Origin: a virus
Lineage: Duplodnaviria; Caudoviricetes
Reading direction: 5' to 3' (one strand)
Length of the DNA: 33,417 bases
Virus record (IMG/VR): IMGVR_UViG_3300043103_000064
Coordinates: 1 to 33,417 of that record
The translations under genes and the position numbers were made by a program. Shown piece after piece: positions 16,654 through 25,407 of this stretch (its first letter is position 1; each line of letters begins with the position of its first letter). The notes under the pieces were generated by a model, which had not been told where the DNA came from, ran no database searches, and was given only the letters and a program-made list of their open reading frames with translations.

Positions 16654-16682
16654 TTGACAATGCCAAACGAATCGTGTAGTCT
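16654..16682 (+). promoter_or_regulatory. Sigma70-like promoter with GANTC in spacer
   Basis: TTGACA(16654)-17 bp-TAGTCT(16677), CGAATCG at 16668-16674. Confidence 0.75.
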
Positions 16683-16710
16683 TTAAGTGAATGACAGAAG
16701 GAGAAAACAC

Positions 16711-17148
16711 ATGAACATCGACCGCAGTGAAATTTCTGACTTGTATAAAGACGCTTACGGCACTCGCCCTACTGCTGGTACCATGGCGCATGTCAATGCT
16801 ATGTCAGACGCGGAATACGAAGGGTTTGCCGCAAGTCTCATGGAAGAACTCAGTGCGAGTATAGACCGCGAAGACCTTGCAGAAAAAGAAGACTTAGAAA
16901 TTATGAACCAGCGTCTTCTGGGCATGATGGCAGATTACAACATCAGTCTGTCAAAAGCCATTGAATGGGACTTCGAATCGTTTGGCTCTTCTGTCAATGA
17001 TCTATACGAAGAGGGTGGCGATGGGTATGTCCAATATCAATTTGAGTTTTATCTTTGGCAAAACGGCATCCACAAATTCGATAACATCAAACATTATACA
17101 GACATCTTTATGGGCAGAAAAGATGATCTGATCCTCGTCAAGAAATGA
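16711..17148 (+). CDS. Acidic hypothetical early protein (SDLYKDAYGxRP type)
   Basis: AAGGAG SD before ATG 16711; monocistronic between a promoter and a terminator. Confidence 0.8.
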   Translation: MNIDRSEISDLYKDAYGTRPTAGTMAHVNAMSDAEYEGFAASLMEELSASIDREDLAEKEDLEIMNQRLLGMMADYNISLSKAIEWDFESFGSSVNDLYEEGGDGYVQYQFEFYLWQNGIHKFDNIKHYTDIFMGRKDDLILVKK

Positions 17149-17170
17149 AAACGCCTTCGGGCGTTTTTTT
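17148..17170 (+). terminator. Intrinsic terminator with cUUCGg loop
   Basis: AAAACGCC-TTCG-GGCGTTTTTTT. Confidence 0.88.
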
Positions 17171-17174
17171 CTGT

Positions 17175-17182
17175 TATAAATA
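17175..17182 (+). promoter_or_regulatory. T4-type late promoter
   Basis: Exact TATAAATA directly after the terminator, 28 nt before ATG 17211. Confidence 0.8.
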
Positions 17183-17210
17183 ACAGATAACACAGAGACG
17201 CGGAGATAAT

Positions 17211-18194
17211 ATGTATAGATTTAGACAGTTTATATTGGAGCAAGAAAATATGCAAAATACACAATGGAGCAATCTTGCACACGCTAATCTTATTGGTAAT
17301 TCAACTAGACTCGCTCGTTTTCTGAATATGGTAAAAACCGGTGCTGAATTTCTGACCAAAAAAGGTGTTGTGATAATTGACGAAGAAGAGTATGAAAGAC
17401 TTGTTATTGAAATGCCTAAGAGGGGATATAACACCACAATAAAAGCTGGTGCGACAACTCTAAGATACCCAACTGATTTTTACAAGACTCCTGAATTTGG
17501 CGGCGTGGGTAAAGGCGCGAAGGTCAAGAGAGAGGATTTTGAGTTAAAATCTTTGCAAGATCAGATAGAAAAAGCAAAAATGGCTGATGGCGTCCAGTCT
17601 ATCGATGTTCGAATTGACGGTAGAACATATGGAGTTGCGGGAGCGGTAACTACTCCGTCAACGCCAAAATCAGACTTTCATTTAGTTGATATTAAAGGCA
17701 AAGAAGTTGTTTGGATATCACATAAAAATGGCAATTTGCCCAAAGATGTCCAGCAGTGGGGTGGCATATCACAACAAAAAGAACCCGGTATATTTTCACA
17801 CAAAGAAACGCAACAGTTTATAGCTGATTTAAAAAGAATGTTTCCAGATGGTGTTAAAAATTCATTTTCTGCGTACAGAAGAATTAAAGACGATAGTATT
17901 CCCAAGCTGAAACCTATGGCGATTTATGGAAATAGATACGGCAAAGAGTTTGGACAACAAAATGTGACTATACTCTTGCAAGGTCCTGTTAAGTTGGTTA
18001 AAGATGGAGCTACATATTCCTTGTCAGCGAATCATGTGCATCCTAATGGAGAATCCCTCGACAATACTCCGTTCGAAGCAGTTTTGTCCGTAAGATACGG
18101 AGACAGAAGTGATGCTGGAGTTACCAAAGCGCGCATTGGTATTATGCCGATAGGCGCTCGTAAATGGAACTATGGAGTCAATGGGGAAATCTAA
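17211..18194 (+). CDS. Putative internal head protein with PD-(D/E)xK nuclease-like motif
   Basis: N-terminus MYRFRQFILE; TPKSDFHLVD...VWISHK followed by QQWGG. Confidence 0.55.
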   Translation: MYRFRQFILEQENMQNTQWSNLAHANLIGNSTRLARFLNMVKTGAEFLTKKGVVIIDEEEYERLVIEMPKRGYNTTIKAGATTLRYPTDFYKTPEFGGVGKGAKVKREDFELKSLQDQIEKAKMADGVQSIDVRIDGRTYGVAGAVTTPSTPKSDFHLVDIKGKEVVWISHKNGNLPKDVQQWGGISQQKEPGIFSHKETQQFIADLKRMFPDGVKNSFSAYRRIKDDSIPKLKPMAIYGNRYGKEFGQQNVTILLQGPVKLVKDGATYSLSANHVHPNGESLDNTPFEAVLSVRYGDRSDAGVTKARIGIMPIGARKWNYGVNGEI

Positions 18195-19424
18195 ATGAAA
18201 TTTAGTCAGTTTTTAATCGAACAAAAAAATACCCATCTTGAGCATCTGGAAGATAACATCCTGAATGCTGGTGTTGATGGTGCCCGCGAATCAATAAACT
18301 ATCTGCGCAACTTGCGTGACATGCTTGCAGGCAAGTCAAAAGGCAAAGTGAATGTGACTGTCAAATGGGACGGCGCACCAGCCGTTTTTGCTGGCACTGA
18401 CCCATCAGATGGTAAATTCTTTGTGGCAAAAAAAGGTATCTTCAATAAGAATGCGAAAGTATATAAGAGTAATGCGGATATCGATGCTGATATTGCTCCT
18501 GGTGATTTGAACAACAAAATGAAATTGGCACTCTCGGAGTTGTCAAAACTTGACATTAAAGGAGTGGTACAAGGTGATTTCTTATATTCAGCAGAAGATA
18601 TCAAAGAAGTTGACATTGATGGAGAACCGCATATTACTTTTCATCCTAACACGATTGTTTATGCGATACCGAAAAAAAGCAAACTTGCTGCTACAATCCT
18701 TGCCTCCAGAATCGGTGTGGTCTGGCACACTACATACCGAGGAGATAGCTTTGAATCAATGTCAGCGAGTTTTGGCAAAGAGATTGCTTCAAGTCTCACG
18801 CAAAATAGCGCAGTCTGGTCAGTAGATGCAATGTATCGCGACCTGTCGGGAACTGCCACATTCACAGAAGAAGAAACAAAGGTGATAACAGGCGTCTTAT
18901 CGGCTGCTGGTAAAATGTTCAATACAGTGCAGAGAGCAACGATCCAAGGTATCACAGACAACGAAGAACTTCTGGTGCTAACAAAGACATACATCAACAC
19001 GTATGTAAGAGATGGTCAAGCAATCAGCAACACATCAACATTCGTTGACGGACTTATTGACTACATCAACACCAAATACAAAAAAGAAGAAGACAAGTTA
19101 AAGACGGAAAAAGGAAAAGAAGCCATCCGTCAAAAGAAAATCAATATCATGCGTTACTTTGCGAATACTCCGAAGCCGCAAATCGTGGCGCTGTTTGATC
19201 TTTATAACCTGATTGTAGAGGCTAAACTGATAATTGTTCGCAAGTTGGACAAAGCGAAGTCTATCGGCACATTCCTCAGAACTGCAAACGGATACAAAGT
19301 GACCGAACAAGAAGGCTTTGTTGCGATTGATCACATGGGCAACAACGCAGTGAAACTTGTAGACCGACTTCAATTCTCTAACGCAAACTTCTCACCGGAA
19401 ATCATAAAAGGATGGCAGAAATAA
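18195..19424 (+). CDS. DUF6267-like protein with ATP-dependent ligase (KxDG) nucleotidyltransferase motifs
   Basis: N-terminus MKFSQFLIE; THLEHLED, TVKWDGAPA (I), VQGDFLY (III), EGFV (IV), VKLVDR (V). Confidence 0.7.
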   Translation: MKFSQFLIEQKNTHLEHLEDNILNAGVDGARESINYLRNLRDMLAGKSKGKVNVTVKWDGAPAVFAGTDPSDGKFFVAKKGIFNKNAKVYKSNADIDADIAPGDLNNKMKLALSELSKLDIKGVVQGDFLYSAEDIKEVDIDGEPHITFHPNTIVYAIPKKSKLAATILASRIGVVWHTTYRGDSFESMSASFGKEIASSLTQNSAVWSVDAMYRDLSGTATFTEEETKVITGVLSAAGKMFNTVQRATIQGITDNEELLVLTKTYINTYVRDGQAISNTSTFVDGLIDYINTKYKKEEDKLKTEKGKEAIRQKKINIMRYFANTPKPQIVALFDLYNLIVEAKLIIVRKLDKAKSIGTFLRTANGYKVTEQEGFVAIDHMGNNAVKLVDRLQFSNANFSPEIIKGWQK

Positions 19425-20716
19425 TGGCACAGTTTAATAAAAATACGCACCAATATCTGGGTGACAGCAAAACGCTATTTGAAGTTATGATGCTTGCCGA
19501 TCAATACGGTAATTTAGTTGGATCTGGAAATCCCAGCGGTATGGCTGTAGATGCATTTGGCAGAGCAAGAGTTTCAAACCCATTTACACTGTTTGATAGT
19601 TTTCATAGATATTCGGACAATGGCAAATTTGCAACATCTACAAATGGTGCTAGTAGCGCTGCGGTGTTTAATGCCAATCAAGGACTTATTGATATTAGTA
19701 TAGGCACAGCGTCTGGCGACTATGTGTATAGAGAAACAAGAAGAACATTTGCTTATCAACCAGGAAAAAGTTTACTAGTCTTAACAACATTTACAATGAA
19801 TGCAGCAAAGACTAACCTAAGACAGCGCGTGGGATATTATGGTGTAAACAATGGTTACTACCTTGAATTAAATGGATCAAACATTCGGTTTGTGGAACGT
19901 AGTTCAGTAACTAGCAGTGTCGTTAATACAATTGTCGAAAAGGCTGATTGGAATATCGATAAACTTGATGGCACAGGACCAAGCGGCATTACTTTAGACT
20001 TATCTAAAGCGCAAATATTGTTCACTGATTTGGAATGGCTCGGTTTAGGCACTGTCAGAATTGGCTTTGTTATAAACGGAAAGTTTATCCATTGTCATAG
20101 TTTCCATCACGCAAACATAATCACAACTACATATATTACCACCGCATGTTTACCATTAAGACTTGAAATAGAAAATATTGGAGCCACCGCTTCAAATTCA
20201 ACACTCAAGCAGGTTTGTTCAACTGTAATTTCAGAGGGAGGTTATGAGATACGTGGTAGATCAAGATCATTAGGTCTAGCGACAAATGCGGCTAGAGATT
20301 TGACTGTTGCGAACACATTTTATCCACTCGTCTCTATTAGATTGAAATCAACTACACCGGATTGCATAGTAGTTCCTACAAGTTTTTCGTTACTCGGGGC
20401 CAGCACTGGCAACTATCGTTACAAATTAACAAGAGATGCGACAATTACTGCTGGCGCTTGGGTTGATTTAGCTGACAGTAACATTCAATATAATATTACT
20501 GCCACTGGAATGAGCGGTGGTGAAGATATGGATACAGGCTACTTTGCAACATCAAACCAATCAACGGGCGCAATCCCTTCACAAAGCGATTTGTTCAAGT
20601 ATCAATTAGAACGAAACAGTTTTGATGGGACTTATTTTACATTTACACTTGGGTGTTGTTCTAATGGCGCTGGCGATGATGTACTAGGTTCAATTAGTTG
20701 GCAAGAAATTACTTGA
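19424..20716 (+). CDS. Probable virion structural protein, beta-rich
   Basis: TAATG coupling; DAFGRARVS.PFTLFDS, YQPGKS and EWLGLG motifs; S/T/G/N-rich. Confidence 0.6.
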   Translation: MAQFNKNTHQYLGDSKTLFEVMMLADQYGNLVGSGNPSGMAVDAFGRARVSNPFTLFDSFHRYSDNGKFATSTNGASSAAVFNANQGLIDISIGTASGDYVYRETRRTFAYQPGKSLLVLTTFTMNAAKTNLRQRVGYYGVNNGYYLELNGSNIRFVERSSVTSSVVNTIVEKADWNIDKLDGTGPSGITLDLSKAQILFTDLEWLGLGTVRIGFVINGKFIHCHSFHHANIITTTYITTACLPLRLEIENIGATASNSTLKQVCSTVISEGGYEIRGRSRSLGLATNAARDLTVANTFYPLVSIRLKSTTPDCIVVPTSFSLLGASTGNYRYKLTRDATITAGAWVDLADSNIQYNITATGMSGGEDMDTGYFATSNQSTGAIPSQSDLFKYQLERNSFDGTYFTFTLGCCSNGAGDDVLGSISWQEIT

Positions 20717-20839
20717 GTGATGTGATCTATGCTATAGCCGAATACCGAGTATGTCAAAATGTCTGTAGACTTCCGAGTGATAATATGATAAATATAGTTG
20801 TTGTCAATGAAGACAACTATACACATCACAGAGGTTAAA

Positions 20840-21067
20840 ATGACTAACACATATACACTTCCACAAAGCATTTTTGTGAAGGCTTATAACTCAATCCAAA
20901 ATTTCATGACTAAGTTGTCAGAACGTAAGGCTAAAGTGAGACTTGTTAAAAAGACTGTTAAACAACTTAATGAACTAACAGACCGTGAACTGCGCGATAT
21001 TGGACTTTCTCGTTATGATATTGAACTGGTCGCAAAAGAATACATGAACGAACTTAACTCAAAATAA
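20840..21067 (+). CDS. DUF1127 (YjiS-like) small basic protein
   Basis: LNELTDRELRDIGLSRYDI signature; GAGG SD before ATG 20840. Confidence 0.88.
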   Translation: MTNTYTLPQSIFVKAYNSIQNFMTKLSERKAKVRLVKKTVKQLNELTDRELRDIGLSRYDIELVAKEYMNELNSK

Positions 21068-21091
21068 TTCAATAAATTTGTATTGAATCGA

Positions 21092-21125
21092 AAAAGGCGG
21101 GCTTAATGCCCGCTTTTCTTTTTTT
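21092..21125 (+). terminator. Intrinsic terminator, possibly bidirectional
   Basis: AAAAG-GCGGGC-TTAAT-GCCCGC-TTTTCTTTTTTT. Confidence 0.85.
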
Positions 21126-21132
21126 ATAAATA
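21125..21132 (+). promoter_or_regulatory. T4-type late promoter
   Basis: Exact TATAAATA immediately after the terminator. Confidence 0.8.
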
Positions 21133-21182
21133 CTATTAATGTAGTATAGACTTAGGTAAACCTACAACAATATGAGGTTAAA

Positions 21183-23408
21183 ATGGAAAAATCTAAAACT
21201 AAGAAGCCTGTAAGCAAGGTTTCTGAAAAAGAGTTCGTTAAAAACGCTGTAGAACTCAATCCAAAACTACAAGAAGAATTAGGAAAGACCGCAGTCATAA
21301 GTTGGGGTAGAATGAACCCGCCGACAATTGGTCACGAAAAGTTAGCCAACAAAGTTGCGGCAACAGCAAAAGCAAATGGTGGCACACCTATCATTTATCT
21401 TTCACATTCACAAGACGCGAAGAAGAACCCACTGTCATATGAAGACAAGTATATGTTCGCTCGTGCTGCATTTGGACCAATGATCCAAAAATCAAATGCC
21501 AAAACAATCATTCAAGTGATGCAAGAACTTGATAAGAAGTACACCGACATTATTCTTGTTGTGGGCGCTGACCGCATCGTGGAGTTCGAAACTCTATTGA
21601 ACAAGTATAACGGCAGGGACTTCAAACTCAATTCAATCAAAGTCGTATCCGCTGGTGAGCGCGACCCAGACGCCGAGGGTGTCGAGGGTATGTCTGCTTC
21701 CAAAATGAGAGCCGCAGCCGCTTCAGGTGATGACGCTGCTTTCAAATCTGGTCTACCCAAGAAACTGCAAAGCCTTGGGCAAGAAGTCTATGACATGGTT
21801 CGCGCAGGTATGAAGATCGCGGAAGAACTCGAAAACGAAGGTCTTCTGAATGAAGCAGTTCTAAATATTGCGCAACGCCGCAGACGCGGTCTTATCATGC
21901 GTAGATTCAAAACAAAAATTATGGCAGCCCGTAATAGAGCAAAGCGCAAAATGGCAAGCACTGGCGCACTCGAAATTCGCGCTAGAAAAGCTGCTATCAA
22001 TTCTATCCGCAAAAAAGTTGCTGGCACCAAGGGCGCAGATTACGCAAATCTTTCTCCTTCTGAAAAGATGATGATCGATAAGAGAGTTGCGCAACGTCAC
22101 GCTATTATAGGTCGTATCGCTCAAAAACTTATGCCGAAAGTTCGTAAGGCTGAGAGAGAAAGATTTACCAGTCAGAACGCCAAAAAGAACGAGGCTTTTG
22201 AAGCAGTGTTTGGTGGTGAGCAAAAGACATACAAGAGATACCATCAGTTATACAACGGCGATAAGACAGTCAAGCACGATGGTAGATTTAAATTCTACAA
22301 GCAGAAAAAAGTTAAGATGGAAGACACGGATTATTCCGATGCTCTTGCTCTTATCGAACAAGTCGCAAATGATGTTTACAATAGCGTCCAACTAGACGAA
22401 AGCAAAATCGTAAATGCTTTGTTCGAAAAGTCAGAAAATTCTGGACTATCTCTTACTGAAATTTCGAATGCATATTCCGCTGGAGTAAATTCATGGAATA
22501 AAGCATCGCCATTCGAAACACCATCACAACAAGGCTTTGCGAATGTCAGTGCTGTTATCGCAGAAAAGAAGTATCAAGACACTGGCGACAATTCAGTTAT
22601 TTGGAAGAGTCCGAACACAGTCAAAGGCACACAAGCACATCAACTTGGTGTTGGTCTGAGCCTGAAGCAGATGATGCAACACGCCCTTTCAAATCGCGAC
22701 ATGGACATTGACGGCGATGTTGACAGTCTAGACAAGAAAACTCCTGCTGATATCGCTGGTAATGAAAAAGACATTACCAAGAAAATGAAAGCGAAGAACG
22801 ATGCAGAAGCCAAGCACACAAAACCAGGCAAAGCGTTTGAGGGATTGTGGGACAACATTCGCAAGAGACGCGCAAAGGGCCTCGCTCCTTTGAAGCCAGG
22901 AGAAGCTGGTTATCCAAAGACGCTTGACATTGGTGAAGAGGGCGGTGCTGGCGAAGAAGGTACAGACAAACTCGCAAAGAAGTACAAGAAAGACACACCG
23001 AATCAGTCTGTGAATGAAGCATTCGAAGATATGCTAAATGAAGAAACTCAATGCGCCCTTATCACACGGGAAGACATTCGTGAACTTGAAAAGTTTGCTG
23101 ACAGCCTGCTTAAAGACTATGGCATTGATGTGGAGTTTACAAGACATTTCGGTGATCGTATGTCCGATGAACGTAACACGCCATGCATTAATGTGAAAGA
23201 GTTGAAAGACTTTTTCCGAAAAGTGTATAACAACAAAGGCATGAAAATCAAAGGCAATCGTGGTATCGAAGCCATTCTGAAAGATATGCAGAAAAGTCTC
23301 AACATGCCAGTGGTTATCGACTACAGAGATGGCGAAGTAGAGTTGACATTCAAAACAATCATGCGTAAGAAGAACTTCAGTAGCCCGAACAAAGTCATAT
23401 CGTATTAA
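21183..23408 (+). CDS. Multidomain protein: N-terminal HIGH-family nucleotidyltransferase (cytidyltransferase/NMNAT-like) plus head-protein-like modules
   Basis: GRMNPPTIGH, KKNPL, VVGADR, SAGERDPD and MSASKMR; then an Arg/Lys-rich helix, DxDxDGD and a C-terminal FTRHFGDR...KTIMRK domain. Confidence 0.75.
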   Translation: MEKSKTKKPVSKVSEKEFVKNAVELNPKLQEELGKTAVISWGRMNPPTIGHEKLANKVAATAKANGGTPIIYLSHSQDAKKNPLSYEDKYMFARAAFGPMIQKSNAKTIIQVMQELDKKYTDIILVVGADRIVEFETLLNKYNGRDFKLNSIKVVSAGERDPDAEGVEGMSASKMRAAAASGDDAAFKSGLPKKLQSLGQEVYDMVRAGMKIAEELENEGLLNEAVLNIAQRRRRGLIMRRFKTKIMAARNRAKRKMASTGALEIRARKAAINSIRKKVAGTKGADYANLSPSEKMMIDKRVAQRHAIIGRIAQKLMPKVRKAERERFTSQNAKKNEAFEAVFGGEQKTYKRYHQLYNGDKTVKHDGRFKFYKQKKVKMEDTDYSDALALIEQVANDVYNSVQLDESKIVNALFEKSENSGLSLTEISNAYSAGVNSWNKASPFETPSQQGFANVSAVIAEKKYQDTGDNSVIWKSPNTVKGTQAHQLGVGLSLKQMMQHALSNRDMDIDGDVDSLDKKTPADIAGNEKDITKKMKAKNDAEAKHTKPGKAFEGLWDNIRKRRAKGLAPLKPGEAGYPKTLDIGEEGGAGEEGTDKLAKKYKKDTPNQSVNEAFEDMLNEETQCALITREDIRELEKFADSLLKDYGIDVEFTRHFGDRMSDERNTPCINVKELKDFFRKVYNNKGMKIKGNRGIEAILKDMQKSLNMPVVIDYRDGEVELTFKTIMRKKNFSSPNKVISY

Positions 23409-23418
23409 GGAGAATGAA

Positions 23419-24294
23419 ATGAGTTTTGAATTTAAACAAGAACATCTAGCGGCAATGATTCCAACGAACAAAAATGTAGCTAAGTGGCACAAAGCTATGT
23501 TGGAAATATTTCCCAAGTACGAAATCAATACACCAAATCGTATCGCGGGTTTCGTAGCACAATGCGCCCACGAATCAAACAACTTCAATTCACTCGAAGA
23601 GAACTTGAACTATTCTGAGGCATCTTTGCTAAAGGTATTCGCTCGTTATTTTGGACCAGCACCGAAGCGTAATGCCGCTGAATATGCAAAAAATCCAGAG
23701 AAGATTGCGAACTACGTTTACATGGACGAGTTCCGTGTATCTAAGATGGGCAATGTAAAGCCTGGAGATGGTTGGTTGTTCCGTGGTCGTGGCTTGAAAC
23801 AGTTGACTGGTCGTGAAAACTACACAAACTTTGGTAAGAGTGTTGGTATGACAGCCGAAGAAGCTGCTGTATATGTGGCGACAGAAAAGGGTGCTATTGA
23901 GTCCGCTTGCTGGTTCTGGAATACAAAGAAACTCAATGCAGTTGCTGATGCTGGTGATATCGTAAAGATGACGAAGATTATCAATGGCGGCGATATCGGT
24001 CTTGCAGATCGTAAGAAGCGCTATGAAGCGGCAATCGCTATTCTTAGTGGCGGCAAAGTTTCGTCTGCTCCTGTGCTTAGAGTTGTTTCTTCTGGTGGTC
24101 TTGATCTAAATACCCCACTTACTGTTGGGTCGACTGGAGCGACAGTGAAGGCACTTCAAGAGAAACTAGGACTTGTCGTTGATGGCACATACGGACTAGG
24201 AACAAGACGTGCAGTAAAAGATTGGCAAACAAAGAACGGCTTAGTCGCAGACGGCACAGCAGGACCAAAAACATTAACAAAACTGTTAGGATAA
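23419..24294 (+). CDS. GH19 (chitinase-like) endolysin with C-terminal peptidoglycan-binding domain
   Basis: FVAQCAHES, FRGRGLKQLTGRENY and TKIINGG..GLADR; VKALQEKLG...DG.YG..T..AVKDWQ..NGLVADG.AGPKT. Confidence 0.92.
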   Translation: MSFEFKQEHLAAMIPTNKNVAKWHKAMLEIFPKYEINTPNRIAGFVAQCAHESNNFNSLEENLNYSEASLLKVFARYFGPAPKRNAAEYAKNPEKIANYVYMDEFRVSKMGNVKPGDGWLFRGRGLKQLTGRENYTNFGKSVGMTAEEAAVYVATEKGAIESACWFWNTKKLNAVADAGDIVKMTKIINGGDIGLADRKKRYEAAIAILSGGKVSSAPVLRVVSSGGLDLNTPLTVGSTGATVKALQEKLGLVVDGTYGLGTRRAVKDWQTKNGLVADGTAGPKTLTKLLG

Positions 24295-24298
24295 TCAA

Positions 24299-24592
24299 AT
24301 GAAAACGTTTAACGAATTAGTCGCCGAAGTCTATGACGGATATGGCATGTATATGGGCATGGACGACTATGAAGACGAAGAAGGTTACCAAGACGAAGGC
24401 GAATACGATTATGAAGGCGACATGGCAATGAGCCAACTTCGCACAATCATTCGTAATGCTGAGACGATGCTTGGTATGATGGAAAGAGACACAAATCTTC
24501 CTGAGTGGGTCCAGTCTAAGATAACCCTTGCCGAAGATTATGTTGTTTCATCCTCTAACTATCTTATGAGTAGATACGATGAAAACGTTTAA
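24299..24592 (+). CDS. Acidic putative internal head protein
   Basis: N-terminus MKTFNELVAE; EGDMAMSQL...LPEWVQSKITLAEDY. Confidence 0.7.
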   Translation: MKTFNELVAEVYDGYGMYMGMDDYEDEEGYQDEGEYDYEGDMAMSQLRTIIRNAETMLGMMERDTNLPEWVQSKITLAEDYVVSSSNYLMSRYDENV

Positions 24593-25376
24593 ATCATTCC
24601 TAGAAGAAAGTGCAGATGAGGGTTTAAAAGCGAAAGCAGATAAATCTGGTGTATCTCTTTCGGTACTCAAAAAGGTGTATAGTCGTGGTGTTGCTGCTTG
24701 GAACTCAGGTCATCGACCAGGAACTACTCCGCAACAATGGGGTATGGCTCGTGTGAACTCTTATATCACGAAAGGCAAAGGCACTTACTATGGTGCTGAC
24801 AAAGACCTTCACGAAGAAGAGTCGGACAAGAAAGTGCCAAAAGATAAAGAATCTGGTTTGCCGCAAGCATATGTTGCCGGACTATCTCCGTCCACTGCAA
24901 AGGCAAGAGCGGCGCATTGGAACAAGATGGATAAAAAAAGCGACAGTGATCCTACAGCTTATGAACCAGCACCTGGTGATGCGACAGCAAAAACAAAAAC
25001 AAGCAAACATACACTGAAATACCGTCAGATGTATGGTGAAGAACATACCAATTGCGGCACACCAAACTGCTGCGGTCAGTGCAACGAAGAATTGATTATC
25101 GAAGAATCAGAATACGAAGGTCGTAAAGTAAAGCTAAACGACCCCTTCCGTCTTCCTGCTGGCTCTAAGAGCAAGTTCGGCGTCTATGTCAAAAACGAAA
25201 AAGGTAATACTGTAAAAGTGACGTTTGGTGATCCGAACATGGAAATCAAACGAGATGATCCAGGTCGTCGTGCATCATTTAGAGCAAGACACGGCTGCGA
25301 TAACCCTGGTCCAAAATGGAAAGCAAAGTACTGGTCGTGTATGCAATGGCGCGCTGGTGCTAAAGTAGACGATTGA
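24579..25376 (+). CDS. Putative internal head protein, modular (DUF5824-like and DUF6321-like segments)
   Basis: N-terminus MKTFKSFLEE; RGVAAWNSGHRPGTTPQQWGMARVNS; VTFGDPNM...SFRARHGCD...YWSC. DUF names are from recall. Confidence 0.65.
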   Translation: MKTFKSFLEESADEGLKAKADKSGVSLSVLKKVYSRGVAAWNSGHRPGTTPQQWGMARVNSYITKGKGTYYGADKDLHEEESDKKVPKDKESGLPQAYVAGLSPSTAKARAAHWNKMDKKSDSDPTAYEPAPGDATAKTKTSKHTLKYRQMYGEEHTNCGTPNCCGQCNEELIIEESEYEGRKVKLNDPFRLPAGSKSKFGVYVKNEKGNTVKVTFGDPNMEIKRDDPGRRASFRARHGCDNPGPKWKAKYWSCMQWRAGAKVDD

Positions 25377-25382
25377 TAAATA
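25375..25382 (+). promoter_or_regulatory. Late promoter variant GATAAATA
   Basis: One mismatch to TATAAATA, 25 nt before ATG 25408. Confidence 0.5.
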
Positions 25383-25407
25383 TACAGAACAAACAAAGGA
25401 GTTTAAA

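Noticed and set aside
17211-18194. Homing endonuclease / mobile element
   Set aside because: No GIY-YIG, HNH or LAGLIDADG motif; the N-terminal signal and late promoter fit a head protein better.
23034-23588. 184-aa minus-strand ORF
   Set aside because: Spans two plus-strand genes and has no recognisable features.
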